A stretch of DNA of 64,000 nucleotides from Acidimicrobiales bacterium (GCA_965214945.1 OZ244029.1:1356868-1420867), one strand, 5' to 3'; counted from the first letter of the stretch, positions 27,580 to 38,153 are shown. The notes: generated from the sequence alone by a model not told the origin. Translations and numbers: made by a program.

Positions 27580-28938
27580 TCAAAGTGAGGCGATCAGCCG
27601 CTCTACCCGCTCGTCGTGCGCCTTGAATGGGTCTTTACACAGCACGGTGCGCTGTGCTTGGTCGTTGAGCTTGAGATGCACCCAGTCGACGGTGAATTCG
27701 CGTCTGCGCGCCTTCGCCTGGCGGATGAACTCCCCTCTCAGGCGGGCTCGCGTGGTGGAAGGCGGACGTACCTTGGCGCGCTTGATCTCAGCGTCACCGA
27801 CGATGCGCTCAATCTTCGACTTGCGCTGCAGCATGTAGTAGAGGCTGCGGCTGCGGCTGATGTCGTGGTACAGCAGATCGATGAGGGCGACCTTGTGGTC
27901 GGAGAGTGCCAGCCCGTGGCGATGGCGATATGCCTGTACCAGACGATGCTTGGCGACCCAGTCGACCTTGCGGTGAAGGCGGAACGGGTCGTCTTCGATG
28001 GCGGTTAGGCACTCCTCCCACATAGCGAGCGCCTTTTTCTCCTCTTCGGACAGGTCGTGGTGCTCCGCGAAGCGCATTGCCCTGTTGAGGTACTCCGACT
28101 GGATGTCGAGAGCTCTGACCTCGCGACCCGATGCGAGTCTCACCCTACGCCTGCAGGTCAGGTCGTGGCTGATCTCGCGGATCGCCCGGATCGGGTTGTC
28201 GAGGGTCATGTCGCGCAACACCACACGCGGCTCCTCCAGCATTCGCAGCATCAGCGCGCAGGCACCCGTCTTGAGGAACGTCGCGTATTCGCTCATGTTG
28301 GAATCACCGACGATCACATGCAGCCGGCGGAAGCGCTCGGCGTCGGCGTGGGGCTCGTCGCGGGTGTTGATGATCGGCCTCGAGCGGGTCGTCGCCGACG
28401 ACAGCCCTTCCCAGATGTGCTCAGCCCGCTGGCTCAGGCAGAACTTGGCGCCTCTGGGGGTGTTGAGAATCTTGCCGGCGCCTGCGTAGATCTGGCGGCT
28501 CACCAGGAACGGGATCAGCACCTCGGCGTATGCAGACAGGTCGTCGCTGCGGTTCGTGAGATAGTTCTCGTGGCAGCCGTAGCTGTTGCCACCGGAGTCG
28601 GTGTTGTTCTTGAACAGGAACACCTCGCCGCGTATTCCGTCGAGCGCCAGGCGCTCCTCGGCATCGGCGACGAGATCCTCGACGATGCGTTCGCCCGCCT
28701 TGTCGTGTGCCACTAGCTCGTGGACCGAATCGCACTCGGGCGTGGCGTACTCGGGATGGCTGCCGACGTCCAGGTAAAGCCGCGAGCCGTTGACCAGAAA
28801 GACGTTGCTACTACGGCCCCATTTGGTGACCTTGCGGAACAGGTATCGGGCGACCTCGTCGGGGCTGAGACTGCGCTTGCCCCGCAGGGCGCAGGTGACC
28901 CCGAACTCGGTCTCAATGCCGAAGACCCGCCGCTTCAC
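27580..28938 (-). CDS. pafA: Pup-protein ligase PafA
   Basis: N-terminus [37 protein letters not shown] closely resembles mycobacterial PafA. Also [11 protein letters not shown] and [22 protein letters not shown]. Confidence 0.95.
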   Translation of the reverse strand: MKRRVFGIETEFGVTCALRGKRSLSPDEVARYLFRKVTKWGRSSNVFLVNGSRLYLDVGSHPEYATPECDSVHELVAHDKAGERIVEDLVADAEERLALDGIRGEVFLFKNNTDSGGNSYGCHENYLTNRSDDLSAYAEVLIPFLVSRQIYAGAGKILNTPRGAKFCLSQRAEHIWEGLSSATTRSRPIINTRDEPHADAERFRRLHVIVGDSNMSEYATFLKTGACALMLRMLEEPRVVLRDMTLDNPIRAIREISHDLTCRRRVRLASGREVRALDIQSEYLNRAMRFAEHHDLSEEEKKALAMWEECLTAIEDDPFRLHRKVDWVAKHRLVQAYRHRHGLALSDHKVALIDLLYHDISRSRSLYYMLQRKSKIERIVGDAEIKRAKVRPPSTTRARLRGEFIRQAKARRREFTVDWVHLKLNDQAQRTVLCKDPFKAHDERVERLIASL

Positions 28939-28962
28939 GGGGTCAACTTAGGCCGGCTGGAC

Positions 28963-29655
28963 TCAGAGGCCGAGGATGACGGTGAGGTCGTCGTCGGTGA
29001 GTCGCCGGAAAGATCGTCGTCTGTTGCCTCGATCGAGTACCGCCGCCTCGAGGTTGCCGTGGTCGAGGCTCCTGTCGAGGCCCGACAAGGCACTGACCGC
29101 GGCGCGCACACCGTTGGCAAGGGGTGGCCTGGCACCGTCGCCGTACGCTTCGGCGAAGCGCTCGGAGATCGTCTCGGTCTCGCCTCCCAGTACCACCCAG
29201 TGATCGACATCCACCATCGTGCCGTCGTAGAGGATGTGGAACAACCGGTCGCCGCTGCCGTCGGCGGCCAATCCGATCTCGGCCACCAAGATCTCTACCT
29301 CCATCGGCTTGAGTTCGTGTGTGAACACCTGGCCAAGGCTCTGGGCGTAGGCGTTGGCAAGACTGCGGGCGTTGACATCGGATCGGCTGAAGGCGAAGCC
29401 CTTGAGGTCGGCGTGGCGGACGCCAGCGATGCGGAGCTGGTCGAACTCGTTGTACTTCCCGACCCCGGCGAAGGCGATGCGGTCGTAGATCTCGCTGACC
29501 TTGCGAAGCGTGCGCGAGCTGTTTTCGGCCACGATCGCTACGCCACCGTCGTAACCGAACCCAACGAGGCTGCGGCCACGGGCGATGCCTTTGCGGGCAT
29601 AGTCGGCCCGATCCTTCATCATCTGTTCAGGGGGCACGTAGTACGGCATCATCAT
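28963..29655 (-). CDS. prcA: proteasome subunit alpha
   Basis: MMMPYYVPPEQMMKDRADYARKGIARGRS matches the PrcA N-terminus. Overlaps the prcB stop. Confidence 0.93.
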   Translation of the reverse strand: MMMPYYVPPEQMMKDRADYARKGIARGRSLVGFGYDGGVAIVAENSSRTLRKVSEIYDRIAFAGVGKYNEFDQLRIAGVRHADLKGFAFSRSDVNARSLANAYAQSLGQVFTHELKPMEVEILVAEIGLAADGSGDRLFHILYDGTMVDVDHWVVLGGETETISERFAEAYGDGARPPLANGVRAAVSALSGLDRSLDHGNLEAAVLDRGNRRRSFRRLTDDDLTVILGL

Positions 29656-30536
29656 GAGGCGCCCCCTTGTGTCCCGCGGCTGGTCAGACGTTCGAGCAGG
29701 TTCTCAGTCAGCACGTGCAGCTCGTCGTCGTCGATGCGCCTGTAGCCGTCCGAAGCGATGACGGCTACTACCGGGAAGATGCCGCGCAGCGGATCTGGTC
29801 CGCCTGTCGCTGAGTCGGCCTCTGCGGCGACCATCAGAGCCTCCAGCGCCAGGCTCACGGCCCCGTTCAGGGTGAGCGGCGCGCCGCGCATACCCAGCTT
29901 GAGCGCTGTCGCCGCGTGCATCGAGCCCGATCCGGTGGCGGCGTGGCTGCGCTCCTCATAACGGCCTCCGGTGATGTCATACTCGAAGATGCGCCCGGTG
30001 CCCTCTGCCAGGTCGAAGCCCGCGAAGACTGGCACCACCACTAGACCCTGCATCGCGGACGGCAGATTGGCGCGCACCATCTGGCTGAGCTGGTTCGCCT
30101 TACCCTCGAGACTGATGGGAGTTCCCTCCACCTTCTCGTAGTGCTCCAACTGGAGCTGGAAGAGGCGCACCATCTCAGCCGCTGGGCCGGCCACACCTGC
30201 GATCGCGACGCCGGAGTGGCTGTCGGCTTGGAACACCTTCTCGATGCGATGATGCGAGATGAAGTTGCCGGTCGTGGCTCGCCGATCGCCTGCTAGCACT
30301 ACGCCGCCGTCGTAGCGCAGTGCCACGCAGGTCGTACCGTGCGGCGCCTCCGCGCCCGCGCCGGAGCCAATAAGCCCGGGCGCGCCCGATTCGAAGAGCC
30401 CGCGGCGGATACCCGCGCCTTGCCGGGCGCCGCCGTTGGCACACTCCCCCGGACCGTCGGGGCCGCTGACGCGCCTCAGCAGCGCTGCGAAGCTCGGACC
30501 CGGATCGTCTCCGGAAGCAAATCGGGGAAGGCTCAC
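29652..30536 (-). CDS. prcB: proteasome subunit beta (with propeptide)
   Basis: Propeptide followed by HG|TTCVALRYDGGVVLAGDRRAT, with Thr as the active-site N-terminus after processing. Confidence 0.93.
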   Translation of the reverse strand: MSLPRFASGDDPGPSFAALLRRVSGPDGPGECANGGARQGAGIRRGLFESGAPGLIGSGAGAEAPHGTTCVALRYDGGVVLAGDRRATTGNFISHHRIEKVFQADSHSGVAIAGVAGPAAEMVRLFQLQLEHYEKVEGTPISLEGKANQLSQMVRANLPSAMQGLVVVPVFAGFDLAEGTGRIFEYDITGGRYEERSHAATGSGSMHAATALKLGMRGAPLTLNGAVSLALEALMVAAEADSATGGPDPLRGIFPVVAVIASDGYRRIDDDELHVLTENLLERLTSRGTQGGAS

Positions 30537-30742
30537 TGGCCGCCCTTTTGGACGTAGCTCTTGACGAACTCCTCCGCGTTGGCCTCGAGCACCTCGTCGA
30601 TCTCGTCTAGCAGATCGTCGAGTTCGGCTTTGATCTTTGATGCGCGCTCATGCGCGGAGGATGTCTCTTGGGCCGACCGCCGTCCCAAAGACCGCTGACG
30701 CGGCGCGGGGGTGGGCTTGCGGATGTGCTCTCGATCGGCCAC
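30533..30742 (-). CDS. pup: prokaryotic ubiquitin-like protein Pup
   Basis: 69 aa ending ...KAELDDLLDEIDEVLEANAEEFVKSYVQKGGQ. GTG 30742 is preceded by AGGAG. The stop overlaps the prcB start. Confidence 0.9.
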   Translation of the reverse strand: MADREHIRKPTPAPRQRSLGRRSAQETSSAHERASKIKAELDDLLDEIDEVLEANAEEFVKSYVQKGGQ

Positions 30743-30855
30743 TGCGTTCTCCTGGTTCCTCGTCGGCTCTTGTCGTCGGCTCTTATTGTGGTGACGTTGC
30801 CTGGCAGGCGGCTGCGCTCTGGGCGGTGCCATGCGCGGTCGCCGCGACCGCGAGG

Positions 30856-32364
30856 CTACGCCCCGAGGCGGCGCAACAGCTCCGCCGCGGTCTCGCATTC
30901 CTCCAACAGCGCGCCGACATGTGCTGCGGTGCCCCTTGTCGGCTCTTTCATTGGCACGCGGCGAAGCGACCCCGCGCCCACATCGAACACGACAGAGTCC
31001 CAGTTGGCAGCCACGACTTCGGGCGCGAAGCGCTGTAAGCACTTGCCCCGGAAGAACGCCCGCGTGTCTTGAGGAGGCTCGGTCATCGCCTGCTCGGCCC
31101 GCTCGTCGTCCACCAAAGCCTCCAAGCCTGCTCTGGCAGCCAGAGATCGCTCCGGGCGCAGATCGTGGTACTGGATGTCCAAGGCCCTCAGGCGGGCGTC
31201 GTCCCAGTCGAGGCCGTGACGACTCCGGTAGCCCTCCATCAGCCGCAGCTTCGCCACCCAGTCAATCTGCGCAGCGAGCCCCAGCGGGTCGCGTTCGAGC
31301 CCAGACAGCACCGACTCCCAGCGATCCAGCACGTCCAGGGCCACAGCACCACCGACAGCGCCGCAGCCGTGACGTTGAACGTAGTCGCGGGCTGCAGCAA
31401 GAAGCTCCCATTGAACGCCGAGCGCTGTGATGGTGCGACCGTCCTCGAGTATCAGCGGTTGGCGCAGCGACAGGTCGCGGCTCACCTGGCGCAGAGCCGC
31501 CACCGGCGAAGCGAAAGCCGGCGCCTGGAATCGCATCTCGTCTTCGGCCAGCGCCAGCACTAGCGCGGTCGTGCCGAGCTTCAGGAAGGTCGCGACCTGG
31601 GCCATGTTGGCGTCGCCCAATATGACGTGCAGCCGGCGGTACTTCACGGCGTCGGCATGGGGCTCGTCCCGGGTGTTGACGATAGGGCGCTTAAGTGTGG
31701 TCTCCAGGCCGACCTCCTCCTCGATGAAGTCGGCCCGCTGGGTGAGCTGGAAGACCTTGGGGTCTACAGGCATCCCGGGTGCCTCGGCTCCCACCTTCCC
31801 AGCGCCCGTGAAGATAGAACGCGTCACGAAATGGGCGGTCGCGAACTGCACAATCCGCGAGAACGGCGTGGCACGGTCGATCAGGTAGTTCTCATGGCAG
31901 CCGTAGCTGTTGCCCCTGCCGTCGGAGTTGTTCTTGTAGACCACGATGCTGGTGCCGTCCCCCAGCAGAGCCGCAGCAGCTCGCATCGAGTGCACCGCGA
32001 TCAGCTCTGCGGCCCGGTCGTACAGCACTGCGGCGGCGGCGTCAGCGCACTCAGGCGTTGACAGCTCCGGGTGAGCGTGATCCACGTAGTACCGAGCGCC
32101 GTTGGTGAGCACCGCGTTCACTAGGTGTGTCTCAATTTCGGGCGCCAGGGCTTCGCGGAGGCCGTCGCCTCGAGCATCGTGATCCGGGGTCTCGTCGGTG
32201 AAGTCCCAGCTCACAGTCGCGTCGCCGCGCTCGGCAGCGTTGCCAGCGGAGGCCACGTAGGCGTTGATCAGCAGCGAGGACGCTGACACCGGGTTGGGCT
32301 CGTCGGCACCACGGTGGACGATTCCGAACTCGGTCTCAAGCCCAAGCGTCTTGGGTACTGCCAT
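30856..32364 (-). CDS. dop: Pup deamidase/depupylase Dop
   Basis: PafA paralogue ([43 protein letters not shown]) positioned directly upstream of pup. Confidence 0.93.
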   Translation of the reverse strand: MAVPKTLGLETEFGIVHRGADEPNPVSASSLLINAYVASAGNAAERGDATVSWDFTDETPDHDARGDGLREALAPEIETHLVNAVLTNGARYYVDHAHPELSTPECADAAAAVLYDRAAELIAVHSMRAAAALLGDGTSIVVYKNNSDGRGNSYGCHENYLIDRATPFSRIVQFATAHFVTRSIFTGAGKVGAEAPGMPVDPKVFQLTQRADFIEEEVGLETTLKRPIVNTRDEPHADAVKYRRLHVILGDANMAQVATFLKLGTTALVLALAEDEMRFQAPAFASPVAALRQVSRDLSLRQPLILEDGRTITALGVQWELLAAARDYVQRHGCGAVGGAVALDVLDRWESVLSGLERDPLGLAAQIDWVAKLRLMEGYRSRHGLDWDDARLRALDIQYHDLRPERSLAARAGLEALVDDERAEQAMTEPPQDTRAFFRGKCLQRFAPEVVAANWDSVVFDVGAGSLRRVPMKEPTRGTAAHVGALLEECETAAELLRRLGA

Positions 32365-32401
32365 TGGCGAAGTTTGACGTTGAAGCGTTGGAGAGGACGC
32401 G

Positions 32402-33181
32402 TCAGAGGATCTGCGACAGGAACAGCTTGGTGCGCTCCTCGACCGGGCTGTCGAAGAAGTGTTCAGGCGTGCCAGTCTCCACGATCTGCCCGTCCTCCAT
32501 GAAAATAACCCGGTCGGCCACCTCGCGCGCGAAGCCCATCTCGTGGGTGACCACCATCATCGTCATTCCCGATCGGGCCAGTTCCTTCATCACATCGAGC
32601 ACCTCGGAGATCATCTCGGGGTCCAGCGCCGATGTGGGCTCATCGAACAGCATCACTCGCGGCTCCATTGCCAGCGCCCGGGCGATGGCCACGCGCTGCT
32701 GCTGCCCGCCGGAGAGCTGCCCCGGGAACTTGTCGGCCTGCTCGGGTATGTCCACGCGCTCCAGAAGGCTCCGCGCCAGATCCTCGGCCTCGCGCCGGGG
32801 CTTCTTGCGCACCCAGATCGGCGCGAGCGTGATGTTATCGAGCACCGTCAGGTGCGGAAACAGGTTGAACTGTTGGAAGACCATCCCCACTTCGGAGCGG
32901 ATCTTTTCAATGTTTCGCAGGTCGTTGGTGAGTTCCACGCCGTCCACGACGATGCGGCCCTCCTGGTGCACCTCGAGGCGGTTGATGCAGCGGATCCAGG
33001 TGGACTTGCCCGAGCCCGACGGGCCCAGCACCACAACCACCTCGCGCTCTTTGATGGTTGCGGTGATGTCAGTTAGGGCCTGGAAATCGCCGAACCATTT
33101 GCTGACTCCCTCGCAGACGATCATGTCGGGCCGCGCCGCCAACTCGTCTGTCAAGGCGACAGTCGCATCGGTCATGGTCAT
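32402..33181 (-). CDS. aapP: amino-acid ABC transporter ATP-binding protein (AapP/GlnQ-like)
   Basis: Walker [10 protein letters not shown], signature [15 protein letters not shown], Walker [14 protein letters not shown]. Confidence 0.92.
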   Translation of the reverse strand: MTMTDATVALTDELAARPDMIVCEGVSKWFGDFQALTDITATIKEREVVVVLGPSGSGKSTWIRCINRLEVHQEGRIVVDGVELTNDLRNIEKIRSEVGMVFQQFNLFPHLTVLDNITLAPIWVRKKPRREAEDLARSLLERVDIPEQADKFPGQLSGGQQQRVAIARALAMEPRVMLFDEPTSALDPEMISEVLDVMKELARSGMTMMVVTHEMGFAREVADRVIFMEDGQIVETGTPEHFFDSPVEERTKLFLSQIL

Positions 33182-33261
33182 GTCGATTCCTCCTCGTGGC
33201 GCTCAGTCAAGCCATTGTGCGGCTGATGTTCGGGGTGTCGGCAGTCGGCCGGGTCAATCTG

Positions 33262-35175
33262 TCAGCGCTCCCCCAAGCCCACGCGGCGCTCCAGGCGCTG
33301 GCTGTACTTCGACATCGCGAAGGCAAAAAGCCAGTAGACAGCGGACGCGAACAGCAGGCCTTCCCGCTTGACGCCGAGAAACTCCGACTGGTTGGAGATC
33401 ACGGCGTCGGCTATCCGCAGAAAGTCGAATATCCCAACGATTGCCACCAGCGAGGTCTCTTTGAACACCGCTATGACCTGGCCGACCAGAGGGGGGATCG
33501 ACACCCTCAACGCTTGTGGAAGCACGATGAACGCGGTGCGCTGCGTGGCGGTGAGGCCGACGGCGTCGGAGGCCTCGAACTGTCCGCGCCGGATCGACTG
33601 AAGGCCGCCGCGGATGTTCTCGGCGAGGTATGCACCGGAGAACAGTGTGAAGCCGATGATGATGGCCGCGATCTGGCCCAGGCTCATGCCCTCGGGTAGA
33701 AACAGCGGAACCATAATGGAGAAGAAGAACAGGATCGTGATTAGCGGGATGCCGCGTACCGTCTCGATGTAGGAGGTAGCCAGCACGCGGAAGATAGGCA
33801 TCCTCGACGTGCGCGCCAGCGCCAGCAGAACCCCAAGTGGGAACGAAAAAAGCAGCGTGAACACGGCCACCAGCAGAGTGACGCTAAAGCCGCCGACGAA
33901 GGTCTCTGTGGGCGTCTCGACCGTCGACGGCGTGTTGATGATGGTCGCCATGTAGTGGAAGACCGCCATGACGCCAACCCACCCGGCCACCAGCCTGAGG
34001 CGCTGGGCGGTGACGCCGATGAAATTGGGCGCCAGCAGAGCTGCGAATGCCAGCAGCAGGAAGCTCAGGCGCGCTTTCTGCAGCATTGGGTACCACCCGA
34101 AGAAGGCCGCCACCCAATGGAACGCCGCAAGTGTCAGTAGCAGCACAGCGATGATGCGGTCGATCTCGCCTGCACCGGGGCGTGTCATAAACCACAGCAC
34201 AGCCCCGCCCACCACTGCGAAGGCCAGCGCCATGGGCACGTCCACAGCCCATACGCGCGACCAGTCCAGGCGCGGGTCGCGCAGGATGACCCAGTACAGG
34301 ATGAACGGCACCAGCAGCCACGTGAGGTTCACGACCGTGCGGATGCGCACGGCTGCCGCGGCGGACCTCAACGCGCCGCCGATCACCCAGGCGGATACCA
34401 GCAGCAGCCACATCACAGTCCACGGGGCTTTGGTGGTCATCGCCACCGTGCTGTCGGGCTCGAAGATATAAACGCCGTCAGCGAAGCCGTAATGGCCCCA
34501 GGGGTACACCCAAGCGCTCGCCACCAGCAGGCCCAGCAGAGCAAGGGCCAGCGGCACGGCGGCCACCCTCAGGCGTCTCCGGCGCCGGTCCCCGAGGCCG
34601 TACCATAGGGCCAGGCCGGTACCGCCGAGCAGCGCGGCGGCCGCCCACAGGCTGATTCGATCGGCCATCGCTTCTGCGAACGACTGGCGTATGAGTTCAT
34701 CTCCGGCGTCTCGCAGGGGCGTCCCGGCCGTGTCGGTAAGCACCGAAGGCTCCCGCAGCACCGTGCCCACCGCGATCAGAGCGCCTGCCGTCATCAGCCA
34801 TGAGCAGATCCTGCTTACCGGAATCGCGGCGAAGTTCGCCGACAGACCCAGCGAGAGCCCCAGCAGCACCATCACCGCCCCCAGCGACACCCAAATGCGC
34901 ACGTACTGGTGCTCGGGGTAGGCCTGCGTGAACAGCAGGCGAAGGTTGACCCGCACCGCGTCCCAGGAGCGCTCCTCGCTGAAGACGAAGTTGAGCAGGC
35001 CGCGCATCGCCCAAAGCGCCAGAAGGGCGAAGACCACAGTCAGAGCAGAGTTGAACGCGCTTGAGAAGAGGTTCTCGCGCAGCCATCTGCCCGGCGATGC
35101 GCTGGGCCGCTCCGACGGGGCACCGTCGTCCACGGAGGCGTCGTCGGACTCAAGCAAGACGAACACGCCAGCCAT
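33262..35175 (-). CDS. aapM: amino-acid ABC transporter permease (AapM-like, long N-terminal membrane extension)
   Basis: 637 aa and polytopic. C-terminal core has the EAA-type loop (EASDAVGLTATQRTAFIVLPQALRVSIPPL). Confidence 0.85.
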   Translation of the reverse strand: MAGVFVLLESDDASVDDGAPSERPSASPGRWLRENLFSSAFNSALTVVFALLALWAMRGLLNFVFSEERSWDAVRVNLRLLFTQAYPEHQYVRIWVSLGAVMVLLGLSLGLSANFAAIPVSRICSWLMTAGALIAVGTVLREPSVLTDTAGTPLRDAGDELIRQSFAEAMADRISLWAAAALLGGTGLALWYGLGDRRRRRLRVAAVPLALALLGLLVASAWVYPWGHYGFADGVYIFEPDSTVAMTTKAPWTVMWLLLVSAWVIGGALRSAAAAVRIRTVVNLTWLLVPFILYWVILRDPRLDWSRVWAVDVPMALAFAVVGGAVLWFMTRPGAGEIDRIIAVLLLTLAAFHWVAAFFGWYPMLQKARLSFLLLAFAALLAPNFIGVTAQRLRLVAGWVGVMAVFHYMATIINTPSTVETPTETFVGGFSVTLLVAVFTLLFSFPLGVLLALARTSRMPIFRVLATSYIETVRGIPLITILFFFSIMVPLFLPEGMSLGQIAAIIIGFTLFSGAYLAENIRGGLQSIRRGQFEASDAVGLTATQRTAFIVLPQALRVSIPPLVGQVIAVFKETSLVAIVGIFDFLRIADAVISNQSEFLGVKREGLLFASAVYWLFAFAMSKYSQRLERRVGLGER

Positions 35176-35176
35176 C

Positions 35177-36715
35177 TCAGCGCTCCACGATGCGGAGCCG
35201 CACGTTGAAGAAGTTGACTGCGGCGGAGATCGTCAGCGAGCACGCCAGGTAAAACAGCATCCAGATTGAGACCACCTCCAAAGTCTTGCCCGTCTGGTTG
35301 TAGATGGTCTGTCCAACTTGGACCAGCTCGCTGTAGCCCACAGCGACCGCAAGGGAGGTGTTCTTAGTGAGGTTGAGGTACTGGTTGCCCAGCGGCGGCA
35401 GGATCACGCGCAGTGCCTGCGGGAGGATCACCCGGCGAAGCATGGTCGAGCGCCGTAGGCCGACCGCCTGAGCGGCTTCTGTCTGGCCTTTCGGCACGGC
35501 CAGGATTCCCCCGCGTACCACCTCGGCGATGAACGCGGCGGTGTACAGCACCACTCCGAAGTAGACGGCCGCCAAGGCAAGCGTGAAGTTAAGCCCAGCC
35601 GGCCCGTAGTTGGCGAAGTTGCCAGGCTTGACGATGTCGGGGCGCTTGGCGTCGATCGGCGGGCCGGTGCGACCGTCGCCGAACTTGTCGGCAAGCACTT
35701 CGAACAAGTCAGCACCGGAGTTGACGATCCAGCTCGCCAGCCCGGACCAGCCGCGAATGATGAACAGCGACACCAGCAGCGCGGCGAGCCCGGCGAAAAT
35801 CATGCGGAAATAGTCGTCGTCGGACAGCTTGGCGAGGCCGGCCGGCGTTCGCAGCCGGTCGATGTGCCGTTTCACCCAAAGTGCCGCGAGCGCTATAGCA
35901 GCTATCGACACCGCCGCCTGCACAGCCTGCGGTGGCACGCCGGCGATCCCGTCCGAGATCGCCGAGAAGACACTTCCGAGCCATCCGAACACCGGGTGAA
36001 GCCACCAGCCGGACACGGCGAACAGGGCGACCACCGCGAACAGGCTCAGAATCGGATAGGTCTCGCGACCAGTGTCGTCCTGGCGTCGCTGCTGGCGGCG
36101 CCGAACGGCCACGCCGGCAGCGACGCCGATCATAACGAACACCGCCCATTGGTAGAAGCCGTCGCTGATGAACACACGCGGCACAGACAGGCCCTTGTTG
36201 GAGAGGTGTATCCACCCGTTCACCGGGCCCTGGTCGAGCGAGAGCCGCGGCAGGGTGGCGATGATCGCTGAGATGATCAGGATCTGGACCAGCAGCGGCA
36301 CGTTTCGCAGCGTCTCGACGTACCCGCTGGAGAGGCGGCGCACCAACCAGTTGCGAGACAGCCGCCCGACACCGATCAGCACCCCCAGGACGGTGGCCAG
36401 GAGAATACCGCCGACCGCGAGGCGCACCGTGTTGACCATGCCGACCCACAGAGCGCGGCCGCCGGTTTCGGGGTCGGTGTCGATCCCCTCGGAGAGGTCG
36501 ATGCCGGGGTTGATGCCCAGGAAGTCCCACCCGGTGGGAATGCCCTTGGCCCTGAGGTTGTCGCCAGCTCTGGTCGTCAGGAAGATCAGCGCAAACACCA
36601 CCAGCAGCAGTGCCGCCACCTGGCCGATCCATTTTATGATCGTTGCGTCGCGATAGAATGGCGGCCGCTGCGGCCGCTGCAACGCGGTTGGCGCGGCTGG
36701 AGTCTGGGCGGACAC
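35177..36715 (-). CDS. aapQ: amino-acid ABC transporter permease (AapQ-like)
   Basis: 512 aa and polytopic, with EAA-type loop EAAQAVGLRRSTMLRRVILPQALRVILPPL. Confidence 0.85.
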   Translation of the reverse strand: MSAQTPAAPTALQRPQRPPFYRDATIIKWIGQVAALLLVVFALIFLTTRAGDNLRAKGIPTGWDFLGINPGIDLSEGIDTDPETGGRALWVGMVNTVRLAVGGILLATVLGVLIGVGRLSRNWLVRRLSSGYVETLRNVPLLVQILIISAIIATLPRLSLDQGPVNGWIHLSNKGLSVPRVFISDGFYQWAVFVMIGVAAGVAVRRRQQRRQDDTGRETYPILSLFAVVALFAVSGWWLHPVFGWLGSVFSAISDGIAGVPPQAVQAAVSIAAIALAALWVKRHIDRLRTPAGLAKLSDDDYFRMIFAGLAALLVSLFIIRGWSGLASWIVNSGADLFEVLADKFGDGRTGPPIDAKRPDIVKPGNFANYGPAGLNFTLALAAVYFGVVLYTAAFIAEVVRGGILAVPKGQTEAAQAVGLRRSTMLRRVILPQALRVILPPLGNQYLNLTKNTSLAVAVGYSELVQVGQTIYNQTGKTLEVVSIWMLFYLACSLTISAAVNFFNVRLRIVER

Positions 36716-36819
36716 TCGGGCGCGCTCCTACTGCTTTCGGCCTCTGCGATGACGCCCGCCGAGGCCGAGGCTTAGAGCCTCAGTTATCACCACGCGGATC
36801 CTGTGCCAGCGCGACCGCC

Positions 36820-36856
36820 GGCCGGGGCTGAGAAGATGTTCCTCTCAGCCCCGGCC
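36820..36856 (-). terminator. 14-bp GC-rich hairpin between the binding-protein and permease genes (attenuator/terminator candidate)
   Basis: GGCCGGGGCTGAGA-AGATGTTCC-TCTCAGCCCCGGCC. No U-tract follows on the minus strand. Confidence 0.4.
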
Positions 36857-36915
36857 CGGCGACTAGGCCTTGACAGCTGGCCTGATCGGGGATTGCGCCG
36901 CCACTACTGCCGACG

Positions 36916-38127
36916 TCAGCGCGCTGGAGGGGCGTAGATGAGGCCACCGTCCAGCCAGCCTGCATTGGCCGACCCGACGCGGCTGAGGCCCACAGGACCG
37001 AGATTGCGCGTGAATATCTCGTCGTAGTTGCCCACCTGGCTGATCACATGGAAGAAGGCGTCTGGCGGCAGACCCATCCCGGTCTGCAGCTCGCCTTCGC
37101 CACCAAGCAGTCGTCCGGCTTCAGCATCGGGCGGGTTGTCGCGCATGTCCGCCACGTTCGCGGAGGTGATGCCCTTCTCGTCGGCGATGATCGTCGCATA
37201 GACCGTCCAGTTCACTGCGTCGGCGAAGACCGAGTCGTTCTGCGGGTACACCGGCCCGAGCGGCTCCTTCGAGATCGGGGTGGCAGGGAAGATCACCCAC
37301 TCCTGGTTGTCGGGCTGCTGCTTGGCCTTGCGTCCCACGAGACCGGAGCCGTCAGTGGTGATCACGTCGCACGCTCCGTTGATGAAGTTGTTCGTGACGA
37401 TGTCGAAGTCCTGGAACGTGTTGAGTGTTATGTCGATGCCGGCGGCTTCGGCGGCATCCGCGATGTTCTTCTCAGTAGTGGTGCCCGCATTGGTGCACAC
37501 CACTGCGCCGTCGACGTCGGCCACGCCGGAAGTGCCAGAGTAGCCATCGCTTACACGGGCCATGAGCTGCTGGCCGTCGTAGTAAGTGGTCGGGCCGAAA
37601 TCGAGCCCGATCTCCGTGTCGCGTGACTGCGTCCAAGTGGTGTTGCGCATCAGCAGATCGACATCGCCGGTCTGCACTGCGGTGAAACGCTCAGCCGCAG
37701 TCAGCGGGGTGAACTCCACCGCGTCGGCATCGCCAAGGATCGCCGCTGCGACGGCGCGGCAGAAGTCGGCGTCGAGTCCGGTCATCGAGCCATCGGGCTG
37801 AGTCTCTGAGAAGGAGACCGCCGAGCCGGATACGCCGCAGTTCAGCCTGCCGCGGTCCATCACAGTCTGCAGCAGATTGCCTTCCTGGGTGACGTCCACC
37901 ACGTCTGTGGAGTCTGCGGTGTCGCCGGTGTCCGCGGAGTCCCCGCTGTCTTCCGCTTCGCCGGTGTCTGCGGTGTCGCCGGTGTCGCCGGTGTCCGCGG
38001 AGTCCCCGTTGTCTTCCGCTTCGCCGGCAGCTGGGGTCTCGTCGCCGTCGTCATCGCCGCAAGCCGCTGCGATCAGTGTCACGGCGCACAGCACCGCAAG
38101 TATCCGCCATATGAGTGGTTTCTTCAT
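36916..38127 (-). CDS. aapJ: general L-amino-acid ABC transporter substrate-binding lipoprotein (AapJ-like)
   Basis: Signal peptide plus lipobox LIAAAC, then an acidic repeat linker. The core GRLNCGVSGS...GLDADFCRAVAAAILGDADAVEFTPLTAAERFTAVQTGDVDLLMRNTTWTQSRD resembles AapJ/BztA. Confidence 0.85.
   Translation of the reverse strand: MKKPLIWRILAVLCAVTLIAAACGDDDGDETPAAGEAEDNGDSADTGDTGDTADTGEAEDSGDSADTGDTADSTDVVDVTQEGNLLQTVMDRGRLNCGVSGSAVSFSETQPDGSMTGLDADFCRAVAAAILGDADAVEFTPLTAAERFTAVQTGDVDLLMRNTTWTQSRDTEIGLDFGPTTYYDGQQLMARVSDGYSGTSGVADVDGAVVCTNAGTTTEKNIADAAEAAGIDITLNTFQDFDIVTNNFINGACDVITTDGSGLVGRKAKQQPDNQEWVIFPATPISKEPLGPVYPQNDSVFADAVNWTVYATIIADEKGITSANVADMRDNPPDAEAGRLLGGEGELQTGMGLPPDAFFHVISQVGNYDEIFTRNLGPVGLSRVGSANAGWLDGGLIYAPPAR
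37912..38027. repeat. in-frame tandem repeat (~54/63 nt) encoding the acidic linker of the binding protein
   Basis: GTCTGCGGTGTCGCCGGTGTCCGCGGAGTCCCCGYTGTCTTCCGCTTCGCCGG occurs twice, and the second copy has an extra GGTGTCGCC unit. It encodes GEAEDxGDSADTGDT(GDT)AD. Confidence 0.8.
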
Positions 38128-38153
38128 GGTTTCCGATCTCCTGTGGAGGGGTC

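Noticed and set aside
30743-31042. 169-aa version of the pup ORF
   Set aside because: Pup homology covers only the last ~65 aa. GTG 30742 has an AGGAG RBS, and the extension overlaps the dop 3' end and is Arg-rich nonsense.
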